Assembly (NCBI RefSeq): GCF_009914755.1
Contig: NC_060926.1
Origin: the human T2T-CHM13v2.0 reference genome, Homo sapiens
Length of the DNA: 64,000 nucleotides
Strand: one strand, 5' to 3'
The notes under the pieces are model-generated. The model had not been told where the DNA came from and did no database searches. It saw only the letters and a list, made by a program, of their open reading frames with translations. Shown one piece after another: positions 25,069 through 39,933 of this stretch. Both the position numbers and the translations under genes were made by a program. Each line of letters begins with the position of its first letter. The first letter of the stretch is position 1.

Positions 25069-26365
25069 AATTTATTTATTTATTTATTTTTTCTTTAACT
25101 TTTATTTTAAGCTCAGGGGTACATGTGCAGAACGTGCAGGTTTGTTTACATAGGTAAATGTGTGCCATGGTGTTTTGCTGCACAGATCATACCATCACCT
25201 GGGTATTAAGCCAGCATCCATTAGCTATTCTTCCTGATGCTTTCCCTCCCCCACACCCCCGACAGGCCCCAGTGTGTGTTGTTCCCCCTTCCTTGTGTCC
25301 GTGTGTTTGCATCATTCAGCTCCCAGTTGTAAGTGAGAACATGTTTGGTTTTCTGTTCCTACATTAGTTTAATGGCTTCCAGTTCTATCCATGTCCCTGC
25401 AAAGGACGTGATCTCATTCCTTTTTATGACTGCGTAGTATTCCATGGTGTAAATGTGCAACATTTTTTTTATCCAGTCTGTCATTTATGGGCATTTAGAT
25501 TGATTCCATGTCTTAGGTGCATAGTGCTGTGATGGACATATGCATGCATGTATTTCTACAATGGAAAGATATTCTTTTGGGTATATGCCCAGTAATGGGA
25601 TCAGTGGGTCAAATGGTATTTCTGCCTCTAGGTCTTTGAGGAATTGCCACACTGTCTTCCACAGTGGTTGAACTAATTTACATTCCCACCAACAGTGTAA
25701 AACATTCCTTTTTCTCCACAACCTCACCAGCATCTGTTGTTTTTTGACTTTTTAATAATAGCCTTTCTCCATGGTGTGAGATGGTATCTCATTGTGGTTT
25801 TGATTTGCATTTCTCTAATGATCAGTGATGTTGAGATTTTTTTTTTATGTTTGTTGGCCGCATGTATGTCTTTTGAAAAGTGTCTGTTCATGTCCTTTGC
25901 CCACTTTTTAATGTGCTTTTTTTCTTGTAAATTTGTTTAAGTTCCTTGTAGCCTCTGGATATTACCTTTGTCAGATAGATATATTGCAAAAATCTTCTCC
26001 CATTCTGTAAGTTGTCTGTTCATTCTGCTGACAGTTTTTTTTTGTTTGTCTTTGTTTTTGTTTTTTGTTTTTGCTGTACAGAAGCTCTTTAGTTTAATTA
26101 GATCCCATTTGTCAATTTTTGCTTTTGTTGCAGTTGCTTTTGGCATTTTCATCATGAAATCTTTGCCAATGCCTCTGTCGTGAATGGTATTGCCTTGATT
26201 TTCTTCTAGGGTTTTTATAGTTTTCGGTTTTACATTTGAGTCTTTAATCCATCTTGAGTTAATTTTTGTATATGGTATAAGGAAGGGGTCCAGTTTCAGT
26301 TTTCTGCCTATAGCTAGGCAGTTATCCCAGCACTATTTATGAAATATGGAGTCCTTTCTCCATTT
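25069..26365 (-). mobile_element. Older primate L1 (L1PA/L1PB-type) 3' segment, about 1.3 kb
   Basis: ttaacttttattttaagctcaggggtacatgtgcag; ORFs 25485-25733 and 25937-26155 are L1 ORF2 C-terminal remnants. Confidence 0.88.
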
Positions 26366-26884
26366 CTTTCTCTTTTTTTTTAACACATGCCAAAGATTTA
26401 TTTAGTTAATTAAAGAGAGAATCAGCAAGACGGTGTAACGTATCCAAAGGAGAATTTAAAAACATACATAAATATAGGCGATCAGAAAAACCTGCAATGA
26501 ATTTACAAAGAGATGGAAACAAGTCAATATCCACAATTAGCATAATCAAATACGTGTCTATTTGAGACAATTAATTTGCATTTCTTTGGGCAAAAGCACT
26601 TGCATGATTTTCAGCTCAATATAATTTACATAATAAATTATATTAAGCTCAAAGACAATAAAAAGCTAAGAAAACTCAGTAGAGTATGCTAGATGAGTAA
26701 GCATTTTTAATTTTAAAATCTTTCATAATTTTTCCTCTAAGATTCCATCTACATGACTATTTGACCAGTTTAGAATACAAATAAATATGCTCCACTGTAT
26801 TTATTGTAACCTCTCATCTTGGATTTTTGAGGAAAAGAAAAACTTCAATTGTCTGAGATGGATATGATAAAAATATGTGACAGG

Positions 26885-27239
<355 letters not shown>

Positions 27240-27573
27240 TTACCAAAAGTTTGCTAAAATGGAACATACACCCTAGGATTGTTTAATTCTAATCACAATT
27301 GATGTGAACATAGACATGTAAACAGGTGCTTTTTTAAAAAAAAACCTCTCATTAATAAAATTAGTATAAAGAAAGAAAGAAACAGACCATCTAGGCTGTT
27401 ACACCTGGAAGCTCAAAAAAACCCATAAAGGTCTTCATATGGTATTGTTTGTGGTTAAAGACTAAAATAATGAGGGGATTGAGAACTGTAAGTTTTGAAA
27501 AACTGCAAGGGAAATGGGAAAGAGACTGTTCCAGCTTTTTCTTCTTATTGCTTCTTCAATTAAAATTATTTTA

Positions 27574-27860
27574 GGCCAGGTACAGTGGCTCATGCCTGCA
27601 ATCCCAGCACCCTGGGAGGCCGAGGCGGGCAGCTCACCTGAAGTCAGGAGCTCGAGACCAGCCCGGCCAACATGGCGAAACCCCGTCTCCACTAAAAATA
27701 CAAAAAATTACCTGGGAGTGGTGGCCGGCACCTGCAATCCCAGCCACTGGTGAGGATAAGGCAGGAGAATCGCCCAAACCCAGGAGGCAGAGGCCGCAGT
27801 GAGCCAAGATTGTGCCACTGCACTCCAGCCTGGGCAATAAGAGCAAAACTCCATCTAAAA
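27574..27860 (+). mobile_element. Alu (AluS-like), almost no A tail
   Basis: ggccaggtacagtggctcatgcc...gagcaaaactccatctaaaa. Confidence 0.92.
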
Positions 27861-27950
27861 CATCTGTCCAATTGAGATGGTAAAGCCATTGAAGGGACTC
27901 TACTATGGTCTGAAAGTTTGTGCTGCACCCTTTCCCTCCAAAATTTATAT

Positions 27951-29805
<1,855 letters not shown>

Positions 29806-30384
29806 CAGTCCTTGAGCCCAGGATATGGTGGTCTGATTGTTGGTTGCACAGATATTTCTAATTCTTCCCTTCATTGCAGACAAAGTTTTGTTTTTTTTTC
29901 ACTTGAAACTTTAAAACTCTAAACTTGTAAATAGAACTTTTTCAGCCTCTGTTCCTGTCTAGAAAACCTGGTCCCCTGGTTTCAAGTAGTGCATCTGACT
30001 GTTGTTCACCGCCTCCTCACATGAGGTGTTTTGGTTTTCATTTTCCCCAGTGCTGGATTTTTGACCCTGGTGCCTGTTTTCACTCTCAGCCCTTCACGTG
30101 CCCCCTCGCTTGAGCCACACTGCATTACAAGGAGTTGATCACTTGTTTTTAGAAAGGGCTGAATATCCCACTTGACTTGTCTCTTAATTACTGTATTGAT
30201 CCATATAAAGTCAACTTTTCCCCATTTCTAGCTCATCATTTATAGATATAAGAACCATCTTACTTGTAATCATTGAAACATACTTTAAATTACAAAAAGT
30301 CCACTTCTAATTTAACAATTTCCCCTTTCCCCATTCTCAAAATGTACAGTGGTGCAGTGGTGAATGGGGATGGGGAGTGTTCGT

Positions 30385-30750
<366 letters not shown>

Positions 30751-31107
30751 TGAGGGATGAAGAATAAAGAAGAGGAAAGGGGGCGAAGACTTACTTGGTT
30801 GGTTCTTTGGTAATCCAGTGATGGCGTATGTGCAAATGCTTGCTCTTTCGTGCTTCTCATTAGTGTGTTTTCTCAGAGGCCATCATAGAACCAGTCACTT
30901 CCCCAACACAGGCAATATACTTCATATTTCACCTCTTCCGAAACCGTTCTTCACTCCCCTCATTTCTGGCTCAGCTCCTGCCCACAAGTACCCTTTTACT
31001 ATTTAGATCATCTGACCTTGGTACATTTTGGAGTTTCATTGATTGGGCTTAAAGTTGGACTTAACACTTGGCCCAGGGGAAGTACATGCATTCTTTTATT
31101 CCTCTCA

Positions 31108-32030
31108 ACTTTTTATTTTGGAAAACTTCAGACCTACAGAAAAGTTGAATGAATGGTGGGTGAATAACCATATGCCCTTCCACTAGATTCACCAACTTAA
31201 TATGTTATCATATTTGCTCGCATTTATTTCATTTTCTTGGCTGGCTAATGAGAATCCCAATGCAGACATGACGTTACTTCATTCCTATGTACTTTTGCAT
31301 GAATCTCCAAAAATCAAAGATAGGTTTTTTTATGTTATACTCTGAAAATTTAACATTGATATGGTACTGTTACCTAATATACAGTACCTATTAAGATTTT
31401 CCCAAATGTTTCAATACCTTGTATAGCTGTTTTTCCTCCTGATCCAGCGTATAATAAAGATTTCAGTTCATTTTTCATGTTTCTTTAATCATGAACAGTT
31501 CCCCCAGCCTATTTTTTTTACCTTTCATAACGTTTGACTTTTTTTTAAAGGAGTCTACACCAGTTCTTTTGTAGAATGTCTCTCAACTTAGATTTGTGTG
31601 ATTGTTTTTTCGTGATGAGATTGAGGTTAAACATTTTTACTAATGTTTTGTTAAGGTGATATCACCAGAGTTCTTTGTAAAAGTACTTTTTCCTGTGTAA
31701 TCTGTGGAGTGTCATTTTAAGACCGAATGGATTTCTTATTCCCTAACAGTCTTTTACTCTGTAGTTTTAGCATTCATTGATAATTTTTGCCTGTATCCAT
31801 TATTAACTTGATATTTGTAATATGGTGATGTTCTAATTCTGTCATTTCTTCTATAGAGAGAAGATGGTTTTCTTATGTAAAGAACAACTTTCCTTTTTTC
31901 TCCCACCATCAAAAGAAATAATTTATTGTCAGCATAGACTCATGTATTTTTTCAGTGTGTTATTATCTGTTTCTGTAATTATGCATTTTGTTGTGCAGCT
32001 TGTTCCAAACTCGTCCTCTAGGGAGTCTAT
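31108..32030 (-). mobile_element. L1MC-type 3' end fragment
   Basis: ttttattttggaaaacttcagacctacagaaaagttg... Confidence 0.6.
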
Positions 32031-32524
32031 GCATTCTTGCCCTGCCAAACAGTGGAAACACCGCTTGTCCAACTGCCGGCCTTTTCCCTCCATTGGTAAA
32101 GTTGGCCCCAGGCAACTTACTGAGTTTGGACCTCTCATTGCTAAGGGAGGCACTTAGCTCATGGGAAATATATTTACATATGCTCCCAAATGTGCAGATT
32201 CATATGTTGAATTTTCCTAAGAACACTCCCTGTGCCACCCACACCTGACATATGCCTGGTAGTTTCTGTGGCTCAGTAATCCCCCACCACAGAGTAAGAT
32301 GCCTTTCTCCACTTTCAGAGGTTCTTTTAGAGCCTCCATTTACCTGATGTGATTTTACAATGCCCCATTCTCCTGGGGAAGTAAGGAGAAGAGTCACAGT
32401 TCTTTTTAGTCCTTTGAATTCTCTCACGGAATGCCTTTTGGGATTTTTTTGTCTTTTCTTTTATGGCCTGATGTGGTGCTCTAAGGCTCACTTTTAGTCC
32501 TGTGCAGGTCTTTAGAATATGAGA

Positions 32525-32860
32525 TGTATTGGTTTGCTAGGACTACTGTTACAAGGTACCACAAACTGAACTTTGTCTCAGTAAGATGTTAGAAGTCGAA
32601 GGGCAAGGTGTTGGCAGGGTTGCTTTCTTTGAGGACTCTGAGAAAGACTCTATTCTGTGCCTCTGTCCTAGCTTCTGGTGGTTTGCTGGCAGTCTTTGGT
32701 GTTTCTTGGTTTGTAGATGCATCACCCTGATATCTGCCTTTGTCTTCACATAGCATTCTCCCTATGTGTATCTGTGTCCAAATTTCCCCATTTTATAAGA
32801 ATATCAGTCATAGCGGATTAGCTGCCTACCCTACTGTAGTATCACCTCATCCTAACTTAA
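32525..32860 (-). mobile_element. MLT1 (MaLR LTR) fragment
   Basis: tgtattggtttgctaggactactgttacaaggtaccacaaact...ggcaaggtgttggcagggttg. Confidence 0.75.
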
Positions 32861-32919
32861 CTATAACTTAATATAGTAAGTAATATATATATACGATATT
32901 AACTTATACTAATATATAT

Positions 32920-33915
32920 ACAGAGAGTTCCTTGTATGCTTTGGATAACTAGCCCCTTATCAGATACATGATTTGCAAAAATTTCCCCCCCAATTTGTGG
33001 CATTTCATTTTCATAATGGTTCTTTGACACTGAAACATTTATAGTTGTGATGAAGTTCATCTTCAGTTTTTCTTTTATGGATACTTTTGGTGTCATATCT
33101 AAGAATACTTTACCCACCCAAAGTCACAAAGATTTTTTTCTTCTATATTTGTTCTAAAGTTTTACAGTTTTTACTCTTAACACTTAGGTCGCTTATCCAT
33201 TTTGATTCAATTTTTGTGTATAGTGTGAGGTAGGGTCTAAATGAATATTTTTGCCTGTGGATATCTGGTTGTCCTAGTACCATTTGTTAAAAAGCCTGTC
33301 TTTTCTCCTGATTTATCTTGTCAAAAAGCCTTATATTGTCAAAAGTTCCTTATATTCCATAATATAGACTCTCAATTCTGTTGTTGATTTACATGTCTGT
33401 CTTTGTGCCAGTATCAGCCTGTCTTGATTACTGTGGCTTTCTAGTAAGTTTTCAAATTCAATAGTGTACATTCATTTTTGAAATTGTTTTGGCTATTCTA
33501 GCTGCTTTGGCTTTCATAAATCTTAGGATTGGCTGGTCAATTCTACAAAAAAAATCCTGCTGGGATTTCGATAGTGAATACATTGAATTTACACATCAGT
33601 TTGGGGAGAAGCCATCTTCAATATTAAGTGTTCCAATCTGTGAACATTAAAAGTCTATTTATTTAGATCTCCTTTATAAATGATTTTCAGTGTACAAGTC
33701 ATACATAGCCTTTATTAAATTTATTCCTAAGTTTCTATCCCTTTTGATGTTACTGTGAATGAAATTGTCTACATCAATTTCCTCATGAGTTTACTCATTT
33801 TTCATGTATAGATATACAATTGATTTTTCTTATATTGATCTTGTATTCTGCAACTTTGTGGAACTTATTTATTTAGGTTATTTATTTAACCTTACTTATT
33901 AAGGTTATTTTTTTC
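32920..33915 (-). mobile_element. Old L1 ORF2 fragment
   Basis: ccccttatcagatacatgatttgcaaa; cttgattactgtggctttctagtaagt. Confidence 0.75.
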
Positions 33916-34004
33916 CCTTAGGTTTTCAGGTGGGAGGGCAGACCAGTCCCTTTCACTCCATTTTGGCTGGGAGGAGAAGTCTACTCAAAGGGTTGTGAGA
34001 AATG

Positions 34005-34367
34005 AATAAAACCATTTGAGATAAAAACTTTTCCATGAATCTTATTCCAACAAAGACCTTGTTAGTATAGTCCCTCAGTATCCATGGAGGATAGATTCCA
34101 GGACCTCCCTGAGATACCAAAATCCGCAGACGCGCAAGTGCCTTATATGAAATGGTGTCGTGTTTGCATGTAACCTACATGCATCTTCCCATATACTTTA
34201 AATCATCTGTAGATTACATAGAAAACCTAATACAATATAAATGCTATGTAAATAGTTGTTAAACTGTATTTTTAAATGTTTTTTTAATTTTTATTTTTGT
34301 TTTATTTTTGATTCATGGTTGCTTGAATTCACAGATGTGGTGGAAATTGCAGATACAGAGGGTGAGT
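34005..34367 (+). mobile_element. MER2 (TcMar-Tigger) element ending about 60 nt before the 34429 exon
   Basis: gtccctcagtatccatggaggatagattccaggacc...ataccaaaatcc...catatactttaaatcatct. Confidence 0.8.
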
Positions 34368-34428
34368 AGTGTTTTAATTTTTCAAGTTAAATTTCTTGGT
34401 CTAAGTAAATTTTCTATTTCCATTGCAG

Positions 34429-34592
34429 CATTCCTCTGAATATTGATTTGCTGAATAGCCCAGACTTATTGGAAACAACGATTGGTGATGTAATTGGGGC
34501 ATCTGACACTATGGAAACATCCCAAGCACTGAATGACGTTAATGTAGCCACCAGGCTTCCGGGATTAGGGGAACCTGAAGTTGAATATGAGA
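34429..34592 (+). CDS. EPB41L5: EPB41L5 long-isoform exon, 164 nt, (C)IPLNIDLLNSPDLLETTIGDVIGASDTMETSQALNDVNVATRLPGLGEPEVEYE
   Basis: Acceptor ttttctatttccattgcAG and donor GA|GTAAGT. The frame continues from 7553 (TG|C = Cys). Confidence 0.96.
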
Positions 34593-34994
34593 GTAAGTAA
34601 ATGTTCCATTATACATCAGTGATACCTTTTTATCTTCCTTTGAAATAAGATATTTAAATCAGCTTCTCCAATAATATTTTTTGTACTAGTTCAACTTTTA
34701 AATTTAATTCAGAAGAGTTATGCCCTCTTGCCTTTTTGACTTAAGGTAACACTGAAATATTTAAGATAACATAATTGAGGTCATTAAACTTGTGTGTCAT
34801 TTATAAGACATTAAACATTTAAGAGTCTTCAAACTTGCTTTTTGCTTTTTTTCTAGAGTGGAAACATTTTCTAGGGCATAGGATTGAATGAATATTTGAA
34901 CATCCCATTAGCTGTTAGAAAGTATTTTGTTATTAATGAGGATTATTATTGCCTAGGCCCACAAAAAGAAATAACACAGAAAGAATGGTGCTTT

Positions 34995-34998
<4 letters not shown>

Positions 34999-35034
<36 letters not shown>
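34999..35034 (+). repeat. (CA)18 microsatellite
   Basis: Uninterrupted CA run. Confidence 0.97.
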
Positions 35035-35035
<1 letters not shown>

Positions 35036-35704
35036 TTTTGAAGGTTAAAAGGAGACAGTAAATCTCTCATTGAAAATGTCTATGTATTTGTGAGTTTAGT
35101 TTTATATGAAAGCATAACTTGTTTATAAACAGCAGTTTCCTGTTGAATCTCACTGTAATGCATGTTCATTTTAAAGCAGCTTGTATTTATTTGGCTCTTG
35201 ACCATTTGATTTCTATTGGAGGCTAAAATTAGCCACCATCATTAAACAACTCAGAAAATTGCCCTAAGTATGCTGTTGTCTCTGAGACTGTAGAATACAA
35301 TAATATTTAGTAATTTAGAAATAAATGTTAGTGAAAAGTCACACAGTGCTTCTGATTAATAGAACATGTTGAAGTATGACTGATAAGTGGTGCTAAAAAT
35401 TTGTGTATTTCCTAAGAAATAACTACAAACAAATGTTCTGGTACATCATGGTTTTTTTTTTTTTTGACATCTAACGTGTTTAAATTGTGCTTGTTAGTCT
35501 CAGGTCAGAGAAATAATAATTTAACTTATTATATTGGTAATTTCAAAGTAATTTTGATTTTTTAAGGTAGTAGTCTGTTATTAGATTAAGAAAATATCCC
35601 CCATTACTATTTCTCATGTACTTTCTCTGTAGTAATTTATTTCGAATAGTCCAGTTTTGACAGCCTTGCCCTGGACTCCACTTCTTGTTAGCAATGCTTG
35701 CTCT

Positions 35705-36198
<494 letters not shown>

Positions 36199-36610
36199 CT
36201 ATCTTAATGCAGAGTATTTCCAGGGTTAAAAATAAAAACAGTCTCCTTTATAGAGATGGCAGTATTGATTTTATTTACATTCCACTTGATATCCATTACA
36301 CTAATTCACAAAGTTTAATTTTTTCAGTGCTGTAATAGTGTTGTATTAGTATCACTTATTGAATACATACTTTTTGCAAAATATATTAGCTTAGGATTTA
36401 CATGGTAAAATGAACTAGGAATGCTTAAAAAAAGATCAAATGAAATATAACTCTCCAAATATTTGGAAATCTGATATATCAAAGAATTTGTTTTATGGCA
36501 CTTTATTGGTGAACCTTGGATGAGCAATTTGCAAGTATGGGGAAATAGACTGTACATCAGTAAGGGGAAGTTTTTTAACTGTTTATGCTGTATAATAGAA
36601 ATAGGTTCCT

Positions 36611-36971
<361 letters not shown>

Positions 36972-37359
36972 TCAAGGTTGTGGCAGAGGAAATTCTTGCA
37001 TAGTGTGGGAGTTTAATTCATATGACCTAATCCATTCAGACTTATAACATTTGCTCAAAATCAATCAGTGAGAATAATTAGAACATTTTTATGTTAAGAG
37101 TTTAAGGTCATCAATCTTGATATCCAATTGTGTATTTTATTTTGGTTGTAATGTCAAAATCCTGATTCACATAGGTAAATAGTTACAAATGGTAACTAAA
37201 ATAGCTTGTGCTGCATGGCAGGATGTTCCTTGGACAAAATAGTATAGCAGAAAAAGGTTTAACAACAACAAAAAGAGTATTCAGGATGGAGTAATTTGAA
37301 GCATAATAAAACCAGGAGATGGCAATTAAGTAAATGGACAGGAAAGATTTTGAGAAGAC

Positions 37360-37545
37360 CAGTGTTGAATTACTGATGCTCAGCTTTGGTTGTACTTAAA
37401 ATCACCTGGAGAGTTTTAAAAACTACCAGTGCCAGAATCCTACCTGAAAAGATTTTGTTATAATTATTCTTGGGTGAGCCCTGGGAATGAGCGTTTCTTG
37501 AAAGCTCTCCAGCTGATTGTTAACGTGTATCCGGGGCCTCCACTC
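37360..37545. mobile_element. MER5-like hAT fragment
   Basis: aatcacctggagagttttaaaaac...aagctctccagctgatt. Confidence 0.55.
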
Positions 37546-38365
37546 AGTTAATTGATGGCCACTTTTAGAAGATCCCTTTGACCCAGAGGATATGATTTCA
37601 AAGTTTCCCCCTCTTTTCTTCTTTCTGATCATATAGAAATTATTAGGCATTCAACCTTTTTTGTCAAGTTGACAGTGTAAAATTTTATGCACACATCAAA
37701 TTAATCTCTGCAAAATAAGATTATTTCAGGACAGTTAATTTTAAAAGTCTTCATTTAAAGATGAATTGTGTTTAATGTATTATGTTTTCAGTGGTTAGAG
37801 GACTTTGTAATGTATTTTGCCACTAGGAAGAACATTATGAAGACAAAATGCTTGTCTTGCGTCACACCTGATGGTACCGATATATAATATGTTGAATCAG
37901 TGAACGAATAAATATATATTCTTCATTAGTTTGTTCCACATAAATTTAGTTTTAGGCAGTAGTCAGGGCCAACGAACAAAGATGGCAAAGTGTTGAGGTT
38001 AGACATGAGCCTGGGTTGTGGTTATGAAAGAAAAGGATCATGTCACAAGTGTTCTGTGCCTTTTGAGTCTCTTGGCTAGGTAAACCTTCTTAACCACACA
38101 TGCTAGGGAGATTTCACATCTACTTGCTTTTTAGGAGTGCTGCAGATATAGGGTGGTGTTTCTACTTAGGATTAACTCTTATTCAAATTAATGGACAGAT
38201 AGCTGGTTATGGAAAGAAAATATATTTATTTTGTGTTTATCTGGATTATTACTTTTAGTTGATGATAACTGATGTTGAGAAGACAAAACAAAACCATACC
38301 CTCACACAGCTAGCTGTGACAGCCTGGCAGACTGGGGTTATTTTCCCTTTTTTTTTTCTTTTCAG

Positions 38366-38463
38366 CATTAAAAGACACCTCAGAGAAGCTCAAACAGCTT
38401 GAGATGGAGAACAGTCCTTTGCTGTCCCCTCGATCCAACATCGATGTTAACATAAACAGCCAG
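38366..38463 (+). CDS. EPB41L5: EPB41L5 long-isoform exon, 98 nt, (T)LKDTSEKLKQLEMENSPLLSPRSNIDVNINSQ
   Basis: Long pyrimidine tract plus CAG, and donor CAG|GTATTC. Phase fits (A|CA = Thr). Confidence 0.96.
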
Positions 38464-39933
38464 GTATTCAGATTTCCCCTGTGTATACCTGTTACACATC
38501 TCCAGAGCTCCCAGAAATATTTTCTTTCCAAAGACAGTACTTTCTTTTTTCTTTAGCTGGGAAATCTGTCTGTGCTGAGTTCTTATAAACCTGTTTTCTC
38601 ATTTTAAAGGGTGAAATATGTAGATGTTTAGGAGGGAAGGGGGAAACTTGCACAGCAAAGTGAATTGTAAGGTGATTTCATGATTTAAAAAAAAAAACAC
38701 AGTCAAGATGAGTGTTAAACCTTTTATTTTGATTGACCCAGTCTAGTTGGAAGACTTGCTGAAGCCTTTTGAAATTACAGAAGGATTTGTTTTAAAGAGA
38801 GCTGCTCTGTGGTATAAACAAGAAAGAGAATAGAATTTCAGATGCTTTAACTTCATCTATCATTCCTTTCTCTCCCCTGTCCCCTTTGAATTTTTTTTGT
38901 TGTAGGGTGGGGGATACATACCAATTACACCAATCAAGCTTCAATTTATAGTTTGGCTATGATTTTCTTATTTCTATGTTAAGTAACTTATAGAAAGAGC
39001 TAAAATAAATTGAATGAGATGGAAATTTTATAATTAATCATATCAGCTACCAGATGGCCCCACTAAATGGAAGAGTTGATTTTAGGTAATGACCTGGAAA
39101 TGGCCTTTTTTTTCCCTCTACATACAGACAACTGATAACATGACCAAGATGAATTTTGTTTTTGTTTTAAAGAGGAAAGGAGAACGGCTGACTCACGGTG
39201 TTCTTCCATTCTTGGATAACTAACTGGAATTCCTTTAGAGACCAGCAGAGAGTAGAAAGTGATTGTCTTCTGTCTCGCACTCGCACTGTTATGATTCAAA
39301 CTGTCTTTCGGGATCCAAGCCTTTTTTTCCCCTTTCTTTCTAATACATTTTTTATTAGAAATAGCTGTTAGAAGGTGATTCAATTTCAGAAAGGCTTTCT
39401 ATTTTCTTGACTTTTCAGTATTCTATCCCACTTGTCTGTTTGCTTTTACAGTGTCAGTTTTTTAAATATATCTCTGTAAAGTAGGGGAATGCAGGGCCAG
39501 AGACAGAAGGATAAATGGAAAACTTTAGATAAAAGCTTTAGATGATTAATAACTAATGGAAATTTAGTGGAGGACTGGAATGACCCTAAAGAATGAAGCC
39601 TGGTAACACTTGGGGGTAGGGAGGAGTGGGGGGCGGGGATTGTTGGCTGTGCTCAGAGTTCATGGAAATCTATTGAACAGCTACTTGTTTCTTTGTAAAA
39701 TGTCCTGCTTATCTCACTATGATATAACTGATCCTCTGAGGCAGAGAGTCTGCTGCATTAGTTTTGAAGCCTTGAAAAGATGAGGAGGAGTGTGGGTTCA
39801 GGATAGGAGAGTAAAGGAGCACTTTAGGTGAAGGACAGAGTGCCATCAAAGAACTTTTGGGGGATCATATAGCTAGGAAGAATAACAATATTTAGTGAGG
39901 GTTTACTCTATGCCAGACAAGAATAGAAGGAAG

